The notes under the pieces are model-generated. The model was given only the letters and a program-made list of their open reading frames with translations. It was not told the origin of the DNA and did no database searches. 64,000 nucleotides of DNA from Bradymonadia bacterium (GTDB lineage Bacteria > Myxococcota_A > Bradymonadia > UBA7976 > UBA1532), in contig JBKAGE010000039.1 of the NCBI GenBank assembly GCA_046290225.1, forward strand, positions 64,001 to 128,000, given 5' to 3'. The translations under genes were made by a program, and so were the position numbers. Within the stretch, counting starts at the first letter, position 1. Each line of letters begins with the position of its first letter. This document shows, in pieces, positions 39,676 to 49,055 of the stretch.

Positions 39676-42162
39676 TCAGTCCCCGCTGAGCTCCATACGG
39701 GTCAGCATGGGGTCGGCCTCGATCTGGGCCCGGTCGAAGAGCAGCGGGCGCCAGCCCTTCTCCGAGTAGAGCCGGGTCTGATCTGCATGGTGAGGAGAGC
39801 GCGAGTCACCGGACTGGCTGTAGGTCAGGATGCCTTCCGCCCGGGGCCCGTCATCGGTGAACTCCACCCCGAAGACATAGCTGTTGCCATCGTTGATCAC
39901 ATAGCCGTCCTCAGTGAGGTCGGTGGCGTCGTTGACCACCGCGCCCCGGGGCATCCGGGGCAGGGCGGTGCCGTTGGCGCTGCCATAAACGGCGATGGCC
40001 ATCATGCCTTCGAAGAACTGGCCGCCGGGCACAGGGATGCGCTCGTCGTTCTTGAGGGTGAACTGGATCTCGCCCAGGGGAGCATCGAGGGCGAAGCCTG
40101 CACCGGTGAGCCGGTTCGAGGCGGTGATCAGGGCGTCGACGATGGCGTCGCTCTCGCCCTGATCTTCAGCAAGGCCGTTGGGCGTGCCCACAGGATCGTT
40201 GGCGTCGAAGTCACCGGCGAGGAGCTGGCCGGAGCCGAACATCTCAGCAAAGCCGAACTCGCCGAGGAACTCGCGCCACAGCGCTGCGCCACGGCTGTCG
40301 ATGCTGGCGAGGCCATCCCAGTTCTCGAGCACGTCGCAGGCGTCGAGGGCCGGCTCGGCAGTGCGGCAGCGGGCCACCACGGCGTCGCGGATGTTCTCGG
40401 CCCAGTAGCCACGGGTGCTCATGGCCGACTCGCGCAGCGTGTCGAGATCGAAGTTGTCCTGCTCGAGAATCTGCACTGCGTTCTGGCGGGTGCGGGGGCG
40501 GCGAGCGGTGCGCTCGGGGCCGTAGAGTGGGCTGTAGCCCTCGAGGGGGGACTCGACGTTGCTCAGCCAGTGGGAGTCGTTGGCGTTGAAGATGTAGTCC
40601 CGGCGCTCGAGCTGGGGGGCGTCGGCAGGGGGGATGATGCCGGGGATGCGGGTGCCGTCGACCTCGACCCAGTCGTTGTCGGTGGTGCTGCCGTCGAGCA
40701 CCACGATGCCGAAGCCTTGGAAGCCTGCCGTGGCGATGGGATCCACCCCGATGGAGTCAGCCCAGCGCTGCAGCTGCGCCTGGGACAGGTTGGGCACGCA
40801 CGTGGCGTCCATGTAGAAGGCGTTGCCCTCTTTGTCGGCGAACATCGTGTTGATGAAGGGGTTGGCGTTCCAGGTGTAGATCGCGTCCTTGAAGCTCTGC
40901 AGATCCGTAGCCCGGTTCATGGCCAGCCACATCTCCAGGGCCTGCCAGTTGTCCTGGTTGGCGTCGCGGTAGGCGGTGCCGAGGGTGGGGGTCCAGCCGC
41001 CCAGGGCCACCATGGGGCCGTGGCGGGTGCGCCACAGGGTGCGGTTCACCTCTTGGAGGCTGCCATCGCCCTGTCGGACCTGAATCGTGTACTCGGTGGA
41101 CTCCATGGGGGTGGAGACGCCGTCGACGATGTAGGCCGTGGGATCGTTGGGATCGAGCTCGAGGTTGTAGCCGGTGAACCGCTGGCTCGACGAGACGGTG
41201 TGGGTCCAGGCGATGTTGCCGTTGAACCCGATGCCGAGGAAAGGCAGCCCCACGAGGGTAGCGCCGTAGAGGTCGAGCTCTCCGGGGATGGTCAGATGCA
41301 TCTCGTGCCAGCGCCGCTCACCCTCCCAGGGGAAGTGCGGGTTGCCCAGCAGCAAACCCCGCCCGTTGGCGGTCTTGTCGGCGCCGAGGCCCCAGCCGTT
41401 CGAGCTGAGGGAGGGGTTGCGGAAGTTGGGCACGCCGTTGGACTGCATGGCCTTGAGGGCCTCTTCAGTGCTCTGAGGCGCAGTGTCTTCGCCGCTCTTC
41501 TGGCTCGGAGGCTGGGTGGTGGCGATGATGTCCAGGAAGGGCAAGCCCGAGGAGAACTGAGAGAACAGCAGCCCATAGGCGAAGATGTCCTGGGGCTCGA
41601 TGGGGCGGACCCAATCGGCGTTGGCGCACTCTGCAGGACGATCAGCAGGGGGCACGGCCTCGAGGTAGGCGTTGTAACCCGCTGCATAACCGGTGAGCAG
41701 CGCCTGGGTGTCGGGGCGCAGCATCGGGAAGAACGCGGTGGCCTTCTCGCGCAGTCCCAGGTGGAGCATGCCGAAGTCGGAGTTGATGTACGCGTCTTCT
41801 GGGCCGGCGCCGAGGAACTCCGCGCGCTTGCCCTGAGCTTTCAGGATCTGATCCGCTGTGGTGCAGAGATGGTCCTCCGCAGCAGCCCAGGCGATGCCAT
41901 AGCCCAGGCCACCCCAGTCCTCAGCGGTGATGTGCGCGGTGCCATAGGCGGTCCGCTCCAGGGTGGCCATGTACTGGCCACCGCCACCGCCACCTCCCTC
42001 ACCACCAGCACCGGCCATACCACCAGCGCCACCCATGGCGCCGGCTCCGCCAGCGCCACCCGTACCATCGCTGCCGCTGTCGTCGTCACAGCCTGTGAGC
42101 GGCATTGCAGAGAGGCTCAAACCAAGAAGGGCCACCGCAGGGTGGCGCAGGAGAGTGCGCAT
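39676..42162 (-). CDS. Ntn-hydrolase acylase lipoprotein (penicillin acylase / AHL acylase PvdQ-like, S45)
   Basis: RTAYGTAHI, beta-chain start SNGWGLG, LGNPHFPW, WTHTVS, NANDSHW, LTYSQS, DQTRLYS. Confidence 0.9.
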   Translation of the reverse strand: MRTLLRHPAVALLGLSLSAMPLTGCDDDSGSDGTGGAGGAGAMGGAGGMAGAGGEGGGGGGGQYMATLERTAYGTAHITAEDWGGLGYGIAWAAAEDHLCTTADQILKAQGKRAEFLGAGPEDAYINSDFGMLHLGLREKATAFFPMLRPDTQALLTGYAAGYNAYLEAVPPADRPAECANADWVRPIEPQDIFAYGLLFSQFSSGLPFLDIIATTQPPSQKSGEDTAPQSTEEALKAMQSNGVPNFRNPSLSSNGWGLGADKTANGRGLLLGNPHFPWEGERRWHEMHLTIPGELDLYGATLVGLPFLGIGFNGNIAWTHTVSSSQRFTGYNLELDPNDPTAYIVDGVSTPMESTEYTIQVRQGDGSLQEVNRTLWRTRHGPMVALGGWTPTLGTAYRDANQDNWQALEMWLAMNRATDLQSFKDAIYTWNANPFINTMFADKEGNAFYMDATCVPNLSQAQLQRWADSIGVDPIATAGFQGFGIVVLDGSTTDNDWVEVDGTRIPGIIPPADAPQLERRDYIFNANDSHWLSNVESPLEGYSPLYGPERTARRPRTRQNAVQILEQDNFDLDTLRESAMSTRGYWAENIRDAVVARCRTAEPALDACDVLENWDGLASIDSRGAALWREFLGEFGFAEMFGSGQLLAGDFDANDPVGTPNGLAEDQGESDAIVDALITASNRLTGAGFALDAPLGEIQFTLKNDERIPVPGGQFFEGMMAIAVYGSANGTALPRMPRGAVVNDATDLTEDGYVINDGNSYVFGVEFTDDGPRAEGILTYSQSGDSRSPHHADQTRLYSEKGWRPLLFDRAQIEADPMLTRMELSGD

Positions 42163-42302
42163 CGAACGGACTCCTTTGTGAGGTCTCCAAAAATCGCGAG
42201 AGACTAGCACGTTCGGCCAATGTCATGTCAGTGCGCTAAGGTGTGGGCTTGTCCTGGAGCATGGGTAGGAGATCGGTGCGCTTTCAAAGACCTGCCTCTT
42301 CA

Positions 42303-43652
42303 ATGAGCACACTTGCCTGCTGTCTGCTCGCCCTCGTGGGATGCGTGGAAGATGAGGGCTCTGTCGGGGGCGGGCTGGGATCATCAATGGACGCAAGCGG
42401 GGCATTCGATGGCTCAGCTTCATCGGAGGACGCCGCGCCCGACGAGGACGGGGGCTTCGACACTGGGGTACCTGATGTACACCCCCTGGACGCCGCATGG
42501 GCCGATGCGAGTCAGCGAGAGACTGGCCCGGCAGATGGAGGGCAGCCAGACGCCTCGACACGTGACGCTGAGGCGCCCGATGTCGAGTTCACAGATGCAG
42601 CGCTGCAAGATGTCGATGTCCCGCCTGCACACGACGCTCTGGTGATGTTCCCAGACGCGGAGGTTTCAGACGTCGAGGTTTCAGACGTCGAGCTCCCCGA
42701 CGTAGAGCTTGCTGATGTGGACATGCCCGATCTGGAGGTCCCCGACGCCGACTTGCCAGACGCCTTTGTCGAAACCCCATCAGGTGAGAGGCCGGTGATC
42801 TTCACCCGTGGCCTGCCCATTCAGCATGTCATCGGCACAGTTCAAGTGGCTCGAGCCGGCAGCATATGGATGGTGGATCCCGAGACTGAAGAGCCCGCCC
42901 GGCCGCTGCTCGACGAAGACACCGCGGCGATCATGCCCAGTTGGAGCCCAGACGGTGAGTTTGTGGTCTTCGCTTCGAACCGTGGAGGAAATCACGGAGC
43001 CGACGCCACCCCAGAGCTGAATCTATGGGTGCTGAGCATAGAAGACGGCGGACTCAGACAGCTCACAGATCTGCCAGGCCACGAGTGGACCCCTGTGTGG
43101 TCTCCAGATGGTCAGAGCATCGCCTTCGCCGCCACCCGGGACTATCCCAATCGCGACAATGTATGGGGCTTCGACGTATGGGTGGTGGACGCCGACGGGC
43201 AGAACCCGCGGCCCATCTACCAGGGACGCAGCCAGGACGAAGATCCTGTGTTCAGCGGCGACAGCGAGACGCTCTACTTCATGGTCGATGCCGGCGAGGG
43301 CGGGTGTTTCTTCCAAATCTGGCAGGCGAGCGTCGGGGTCGGGCCTCCATCAGCGCAGGTGGTGCGCGACGCTCAGGGCCAGAAGCTCTGCGGGGAAGAT
43401 CCCAGCGTGTCACCCGATGGTCGATTCTTGTATTTCGTCAATCGGGGCCAGTGGAGGCGCATGCGGCTCGCCGATGGCCAGGTGGAAGACGTCACACCCA
43501 CCGTCGAGCCGTGGATAGGGCCCACCGGTGAGCGCTTCGTGTTCATGCAGAATGGCGCCATCTGGCTTGGGGAGATCGATGGAGGCGCTGCTCGCCCGAT
43601 TACTGCAGCGCCGGCCAATCAGGAGGCGCCAGACAGCTTCCCACGCTGGTGA
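42303..43652 (+). CDS. TolB-like PD40 beta-propeller lipoprotein with acidic linker
   Basis: Lipobox LVGC; PSWSPDG, PVWSPDG, PVFSGDS, PSVSPDG repeats; start could be 42261. Confidence 0.82.
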   Translation: MSTLACCLLALVGCVEDEGSVGGGLGSSMDASGAFDGSASSEDAAPDEDGGFDTGVPDVHPLDAAWADASQRETGPADGGQPDASTRDAEAPDVEFTDAALQDVDVPPAHDALVMFPDAEVSDVEVSDVELPDVELADVDMPDLEVPDADLPDAFVETPSGERPVIFTRGLPIQHVIGTVQVARAGSIWMVDPETEEPARPLLDEDTAAIMPSWSPDGEFVVFASNRGGNHGADATPELNLWVLSIEDGGLRQLTDLPGHEWTPVWSPDGQSIAFAATRDYPNRDNVWGFDVWVVDADGQNPRPIYQGRSQDEDPVFSGDSETLYFMVDAGEGGCFFQIWQASVGVGPPSAQVVRDAQGQKLCGEDPSVSPDGRFLYFVNRGQWRRMRLADGQVEDVTPTVEPWIGPTGERFVFMQNGAIWLGEIDGGAARPITAAPANQEAPDSFPRW

Positions 43653-43667
43653 CTGATGTGAGAAATC

Positions 43668-44132
43668 TCAGAAACCGAGATACTCCAGCTCGTTGTCCGT
43701 CAACAGATGAATACATGGCCGAGTCTTGGTCTCGCCGGTGTATTCCACGGTGAACTGTTCGGTCTCACACAGGTTGCGTACGACCAGCTCGAGCTTCTCG
43801 ATTTGACTGGTCTCGCTGTCGATCATCTGACGTTCGCTGATGAGGTTCGAGATCACCCCTGCGGGGACCGGCGTCTGTCCATCTCGCTGTCCCTGTGATT
43901 CGTAGGAGACGAAGCTCTCCTTCTCCTTGAACCGCATGATGAGTATGGACAAGCGCTCGGCGTCCAAATTGTATTCTCGCCGAAGACTGTCGACGCGTAC
44001 TTCTCGCTCAGTGATTTTTTCTTTGAGCGCAGAGATCTTGGCTGTCATTGCAGTTCTGAGCTCTTCGGTGGTCTTGTTGTTGTACTCGACACCATTGAAC
44101 ATGCGATCGGTCTGACTGATGAAGTGTCCCAT
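43668..44132 (-). CDS. Hypothetical coiled-coil protein
   Basis: 154-aa ORF, GAGG RBS, charged helical composition; no family recognised. Confidence 0.7.
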   Translation of the reverse strand: MGHFISQTDRMFNGVEYNNKTTEELRTAMTAKISALKEKITEREVRVDSLRREYNLDAERLSILIMRFKEKESFVSYESQGQRDGQTPVPAGVISNLISERQMIDSETSQIEKLELVVRNLCETEQFTVEYTGETKTRPCIHLLTDNELEYLGF

Positions 44133-44246
44133 CTGGGCCTCAACTTTCTGTGTAATGTGTATTGCTGGAGGGACACCTGGCGAAAGTCGGGCCCCACCGC
44201 CCGAGTGAGCATAGCGCCGGCGCTCAGCAGAGCAAGCTGGGGCGGG

Positions 44247-44300
44247 TCATTGGAGAGGGGGATTCGGCAAGACACCGAAAACGAATCTGAAAGTACGCAT
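44247..44300 (-). CDS. Possible leader peptide MRTFRFVFGVLPNPPLQ
   Basis: 17-codon uORF between a TG-n-TATATG element (44347-44355) and a GC hairpin; weak RBS. Confidence 0.25.
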   Translation of the reverse strand: MRTFRFVFGVLPNPPLQ

Positions 44301-44452
44301 GGGTGGTGCGTTGACTCACGAAAGGGAGGGGGGCTGATGGTCTGCCCATATAGCACCGAGTGATGCCATGTGGTGCGGTGAGAAGGGAGGGGAGACTACC
44401 CCACTGCAGGAAACAGTGTGTCTCATGGCCTCCCATACGTGAGCGGCCGAGA

Positions 44453-45910
44453 TCACTCCACCTCTCGGGTCACCCGCATCGGATCGTCGATGGCCATGAG
44501 CACCGGCTCGAGGTCTGGCGGCCCTGGCGAGGTGTAGTTCACATCTTCATAGGGGGTCGAGCCAGGGCCTCCGGGGTTGTAGAAGGCCTCATAACCGCCT
44601 GCGAGGCTGGGGATCTCCACAAATGTGACCTGCCGCGCTGCCGCCTCATCGCCCACCAGGATGATGTCGATGTAGTTGTCCAGATCTTCGTCGTAGCAGT
44701 TGTCGAAGGGCTCAGCCTCGGTGGCCGGGCCACCGAGCTCCGACAGGCCCACCACGCGCAGAGTACCTCCCATCACCTCATAGTCCACGCCCACCTGCTC
44801 CATGAGCACCGTTGAACCTGGAGCCTCGCCATTGACGTGCACCCTGAAGAGGCTTTCGAACTCGTCTGGGCGTACACCCCTGACCCCATCGGGCGAGAAC
44901 CCGCCAGAGGTCAGCACCCTGATGCGGAAGTCTGCCTCATCGTAGAGCTGGTGCTCGTCGTTCGGGGTGAACACGGCATCGGATAGTCGACTGCTTACCC
45001 CCTCACCGAGCACCTCTGCATCGACCCGGTTCAGCTTCGCGCCCACGAGGCGTGGCCCGTTGTCCGGGTCATACGGGCTCGAGGTGTTCTCCTTGAAGAG
45101 GCCCACCGCACTCTCTACGCGGGCGTCAGGGCCCACCAACAACAGGGGGGAGTCATCCTCCACCACCTCTACCCTCACCGGGTAGCGCGCCTCGGGGTCG
45201 CTGCTGGGCAGCCGGTTGCCGAACTCTCCGAACAACACCGCGACGTTGCGCTCGTTGTTCTCCACGTTGGGGAACGGAGACACCGCCATGGGCCTCACGA
45301 CCTCGCCGGTGTTCAGTGTCAGCTGAAAGTCGGTCAGGTCGAGGGTGCGGGTGTCCAGCGGCCAGCTGAACACCACCGGCAAGCCGTCGATGCCAATGGC
45401 CCCATCTTTGAGGGGTCCGAGCGGATCTTGGATGATGAAAGCGTTGGAGACTTGCCCTACCGTGGAGACGGTTGTGAAGTTGCGGACGTCCTCTCCGCAG
45501 TTGTACGCCGTTGACCACGCGCCCCCCGCCTGCCGGGCGAGGGCTTCGGTGGGTGCGCCCGTGCCAGGCACTGCGACGATGTCGGAGAAGCCGAGCCCTG
45601 CAGAGAGGAGCTGCGGCTCTTCTGACCAATAGTCAGCGTCGATGAGGTTGCCGTCGAACAACGCGGTAAAGAGCTGGTTCGATGGGTAGCTCACTGTGAC
45701 TTCGGCGTCCGGCGCTGGCGGCTCGGCGTCAGGTGAGGCGGTTGGGGTGTCTGCGTCTGGTGAGGCGATGTCGGCGTCTGGGCCATCGACGTTGGCGTTC
45801 ATCATGTCGGCCTCGTCGGCCGCGGAGGCGCTGTCATCCGACGCGTCGCATCCTGTGATGGCGAGTGACGCAAGGACACTGACGATGTAAGGCAAACGCT
45901 TGATGCGCAT
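44453..45910 (-). CDS. Uncharacterised lipoprotein
   Basis: Lipobox ITGC, GGGGAG RBS, PDA-rich linker, globular domain with DGLPVVFSWP, SGGFSPDG, DLDNYIDI, YNPGGPG. Confidence 0.8.
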   Translation of the reverse strand: MRIKRLPYIVSVLASLAITGCDASDDSASAADEADMMNANVDGPDADIASPDADTPTASPDAEPPAPDAEVTVSYPSNQLFTALFDGNLIDADYWSEEPQLLSAGLGFSDIVAVPGTGAPTEALARQAGGAWSTAYNCGEDVRNFTTVSTVGQVSNAFIIQDPLGPLKDGAIGIDGLPVVFSWPLDTRTLDLTDFQLTLNTGEVVRPMAVSPFPNVENNERNVAVLFGEFGNRLPSSDPEARYPVRVEVVEDDSPLLLVGPDARVESAVGLFKENTSSPYDPDNGPRLVGAKLNRVDAEVLGEGVSSRLSDAVFTPNDEHQLYDEADFRIRVLTSGGFSPDGVRGVRPDEFESLFRVHVNGEAPGSTVLMEQVGVDYEVMGGTLRVVGLSELGGPATEAEPFDNCYDEDLDNYIDIILVGDEAAARQVTFVEIPSLAGGYEAFYNPGGPGSTPYEDVNYTSPGPPDLEPVLMAIDDPMRVTREVE

Positions 45911-46087
45911 AGTGTCTCCCCTCAAGTGGTGTGGTCGACGTCTAGGGTGACCCCTGAATGTTGAGGGGGTTTTGAGCGCGACGATTGGTGTTGTGGATTT
46001 CTGCGTGCACCACGGACACCCTGAAAGCATCTGTACACGACGATGTGATCTCGACGAGAGGCCACAAGGCCTCAAGAGGAGAAAGAG

Positions 46088-47413
46088 ATGAACCAGATCG
46101 CTGCGCTTTCCAGAGCCGCCGCTCTCGCCGGGGCGCTGGCCTGTGGGCTGCCTGCTTGTGATGACGAGAGCAATGAGCAGACCAGCGCCGACGCCATGGT
46201 CGACGTCGAGATGGGAGACGCAGGCGTTGATCCCGTGCCTGACGCCGAGATGAGCGACGGCCCGGATATGGCCACGAGCCCCGATATGAACATCGCCCCC
46301 GACATGATGGTAGAACCACCAGTCTGCCTAGAAGACACCACGGGCAACTTCGGCGATCCCGGTGCCACCGAGCTGAACATCGAGATCGTCGCCGATGGGC
46401 TGTCGATCCCCTGGGGCCTGGACTGGCTGCCTGACGGCGCCATGCTGGTCACTCAGCGCAGCGGCGATATCTTGCGTGTCAACACCGACGGTGAGCTGCA
46501 GGCCGAGCCCGTTGCCACGGTCCCCATCACCCCCTCAGGTGAAGGGGGCCTCCTGGGCCTGGCGATCCATCCTGATGTGGCGACGAACGGTTGGATCTAC
46601 ATCTACGCTACGGTGGGTCGGGGCAACACGCTGCGCAATGAAGTCCAGCGTTGGGTGCTCAACGAGGCTGCCACTTCGGCCACCTTCGAATCGGTCATCG
46701 TCGCTGACATCCCTGCGCTGCTGTTTCACAACGGTGGACGGCTGAGGTTCGGCCCCGACGGGCACCTCTATGTGGGCACGGGTGATGCCGGTGAGCCCGG
46801 ACTTTCGCAAGACGTGTCCAGCCTCGGCGGCAAGCTGCTGCGGGTCACCGATGAGGGGATGGTGCCCGACGACAACCCCTTCCCGGGAGAGGCGGCCTAC
46901 CTCATCGGCGTGCGCAACACCCAGGGCTTCGACTGGCGGGCAGACGGTACCATCGTCATCACCGATCACGGCCCGAGCGGGTTGCCGGCAGAATTGGGGC
47001 GCACGGACTACGACGAGATCAACGTCGTGGCGCCCGGCGACAACCTCGGGTGGCCCGACATCTACCAGTGCGAGACCGCAGAGGGCATGCAGACGCCCCG
47101 CAAGACGTGGGCCCGGGCCATGCCTCCAGGGGGCACGGCGATCTACACCGGCGACAGCCTGCCGTGGCAGGGCGATGTGTTCATCGGCGTGCTCGGCTTC
47201 GAGGCCGACGTGGGCCACCTGCACCGTATCTCGCTCGATGCCTCCGGCAATGTCACGGCCTCGGAGACTTATCTGCGGGGTGACGAAGGCTATGGTCGTC
47301 TGCGTGAGGTGGTCATGGGGCCCGACGGCCATCTGTACGTCACCACGAGCAATTGTGATGGTCGTGGCGAATGTGGGGCTGGAGATTTGATTCTGCGCCT
47401 CTCTGCGCCGTGA
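46088..47413 (+). CDS. PQQ-dependent soluble glucose/sorbosone dehydrogenase-family lipoprotein
   Basis: PWGLDWLPDG, GEGGLLGLAIHP, HNGGRLRFGPDG, GVRNTQG, DEIN, GRLREV. Confidence 0.9.
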   Translation: MNQIAALSRAAALAGALACGLPACDDESNEQTSADAMVDVEMGDAGVDPVPDAEMSDGPDMATSPDMNIAPDMMVEPPVCLEDTTGNFGDPGATELNIEIVADGLSIPWGLDWLPDGAMLVTQRSGDILRVNTDGELQAEPVATVPITPSGEGGLLGLAIHPDVATNGWIYIYATVGRGNTLRNEVQRWVLNEAATSATFESVIVADIPALLFHNGGRLRFGPDGHLYVGTGDAGEPGLSQDVSSLGGKLLRVTDEGMVPDDNPFPGEAAYLIGVRNTQGFDWRADGTIVITDHGPSGLPAELGRTDYDEINVVAPGDNLGWPDIYQCETAEGMQTPRKTWARAMPPGGTAIYTGDSLPWQGDVFIGVLGFEADVGHLHRISLDASGNVTASETYLRGDEGYGRLREVVMGPDGHLYVTTSNCDGRGECGAGDLILRLSAP

Positions 47414-47422
47414 AGATCTCGC

Positions 47423-47971
47423 TCAGGTCACGGGAGACCACGCACTGGGCTCAGCCCGGCCGGTGATGGTGGTGCTGCCGATGGTGAGGTACAGCTCGCC
47501 CTCGGTCTGAGTGAGAGCCCAGCTGTTATTGCGGTCGAGCTGATCGATGATCTCGTTCAGGAACGCAGCGTCGAAGCAGTAGAGCGCGATCTCGTCGAGC
47601 CGGTGCACGGTCTTGCCGGCGAGATGGTGCTGCATGCGTTGGGCTGTGCGATCGGTGTAGACCTTGACTACCTCGGCGGCTTTGGCGGTCTTGTGCAGAC
47701 GCTCCGCGCTGGGCTGGCCGATCTCGATGGCCAGCTTGCGCGTGCCGTCGTAGTCGTCGAGAAAGATCGTCGACTCGTCGGTGTCGCAGACGCCCTTCGA
47801 GAACGTCAGGCGTTCGTCGTAGTTCAGCAAGAAGGCCAGCACGCGAGTGATGAGGTAGGGGCCAGTCTCCGAAGGGTGCATGGGCACCCGCATGGAGACC
47901 GAATCGTACACACCGCGATCGACGTCGCTCAGGTCGACCTCGAACCGGTACATGGTGGATGTGAGCGCCAC
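47423..47971 (-). CDS. yaeQ: YaeQ-family protein
   Basis: LSDVDRGVY, HPSET, FSKG, IEIGQPSAERLHK. Confidence 0.85.
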   Translation of the reverse strand: MALTSTMYRFEVDLSDVDRGVYDSVSMRVPMHPSETGPYLITRVLAFLLNYDERLTFSKGVCDTDESTIFLDDYDGTRKLAIEIGQPSAERLHKTAKAAEVVKVYTDRTAQRMQHHLAGKTVHRLDEIALYCFDAAFLNEIIDQLDRNNSWALTQTEGELYLTIGSTTITGRAEPSAWSPVT

Positions 47972-48051
47972 TTGAACTCCAATGGGTGAGAGGCTCAGTC
48001 TGCTACAGGGTCGGTGCCTGTGCCACCTTGAGCCGACACATGGAGGTGGAA

Positions 48052-48924
48052 ATGGATCGCTGGACCGAGATGCGCACCGCGTTGGAGGTGGCGCGGCAGG
48101 GCACGATCAGCGCTGCATCAGCTGTACTGGGCGTGCATCGCGCCACGATCGTGCGTCACATCGACAGCCTCGAAGAAGAGCTGGGCGGGCGTCTGTTTCA
48201 TCGCCATGCCCGTGGTTACACGCTCACCGAGGCGGGCCGGGACTTCGTCCGCGTGGCTGAGGCGACCCATGACCAGCTCGACCAGCTCGCAGGGCGCATG
48301 CGTGGTCGCGACGCCGAGGTGGCTGGGGAGCTGGTGGTGACCTCCCTCGAGGTCCTTGCCCCGCTGATGCTCGAAGCTGCGAGGGCGTTCCGTACGGCTC
48401 ACCCTCAGACATCGGTGAGATTTCACGTCAGCACCCGGGTGTTCAAGTTGGAGTATGGCGAAGCCCATGTGGCCGTGCGGACTGGTCCCCGCCCCGAGCA
48501 TCCAGACAACGTCGTGCAGCCGCTCTTCAGCCTGCAGTCAGCGGGCTACGCGCATCAGGACTACATCGCCCGCCGAGGGCACCCCGAGTCACCTGAAGAC
48601 TATGGGCGCCATGACTGGGTCGGGGTCGAGTCCGACACCGCACCAGATGCCATCGTGTCCTGGTTCGAGGCGGCGGTACCCTCTGAGCGGGTCGTGTTCA
48701 CGGGCTCCAACGAGCGCGTGTCGCTGCACGCCATCCGTGCCGGGATGGGCATCGGCATCTTGCCCATATATGACCTTGAGCCCGAGCTCGTTCAGGTCAT
48801 CCCTCCAAAGGATGAATGGCGTGTTCCGTTCTGGATGGTGACCCACGTCGATTTGCACCGTAGCCCCAAGGTGCAAGCATTCATCGCCATGCTCCGCGAT
48901 ACCGTGGCGCACAAGCGTCTGTGA
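48052..48924 (+). CDS. LysR-family regulator
   Basis: MDRWTEMRTALEVARQGTISAASAVLGVHRATIVRHID; WMVTHVDLHRSPKVQAF. Confidence 0.9.
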   Translation: MDRWTEMRTALEVARQGTISAASAVLGVHRATIVRHIDSLEEELGGRLFHRHARGYTLTEAGRDFVRVAEATHDQLDQLAGRMRGRDAEVAGELVVTSLEVLAPLMLEAARAFRTAHPQTSVRFHVSTRVFKLEYGEAHVAVRTGPRPEHPDNVVQPLFSLQSAGYAHQDYIARRGHPESPEDYGRHDWVGVESDTAPDAIVSWFEAAVPSERVVFTGSNERVSLHAIRAGMGIGILPIYDLEPELVQVIPPKDEWRVPFWMVTHVDLHRSPKVQAFIAMLRDTVAHKRL

Positions 48925-49055
48925 GCGCCTGTCTACGTCGCTCAATGATGAGTGCTGTATAAATGCGCATTGGGTGTGTGTTTTCTTTTGTTACGCGCGA
49001 AATTGATGCGCACTAGCTTCCCTTCTGCATTAGCAAGCTCAGAAGGGGACGCGTG

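Noticed and set aside
39787..42207. 806-aa plus-strand ORF antisense to the acylase (likewise 15204-17180, 9704-10900, 19609-20997, 3590-4813, 53053-54108, 792-1874)
   Set aside because: Shadow ORFs produced by strong GC3 codon bias on the opposite strand; no recognisable motifs, and they fully overlap confident genes.
44161..44434. tmRNA, RNase P RNA, cobalamin riboswitch or group II intron
   Set aside because: Their conserved signature sequences were not found on either strand.
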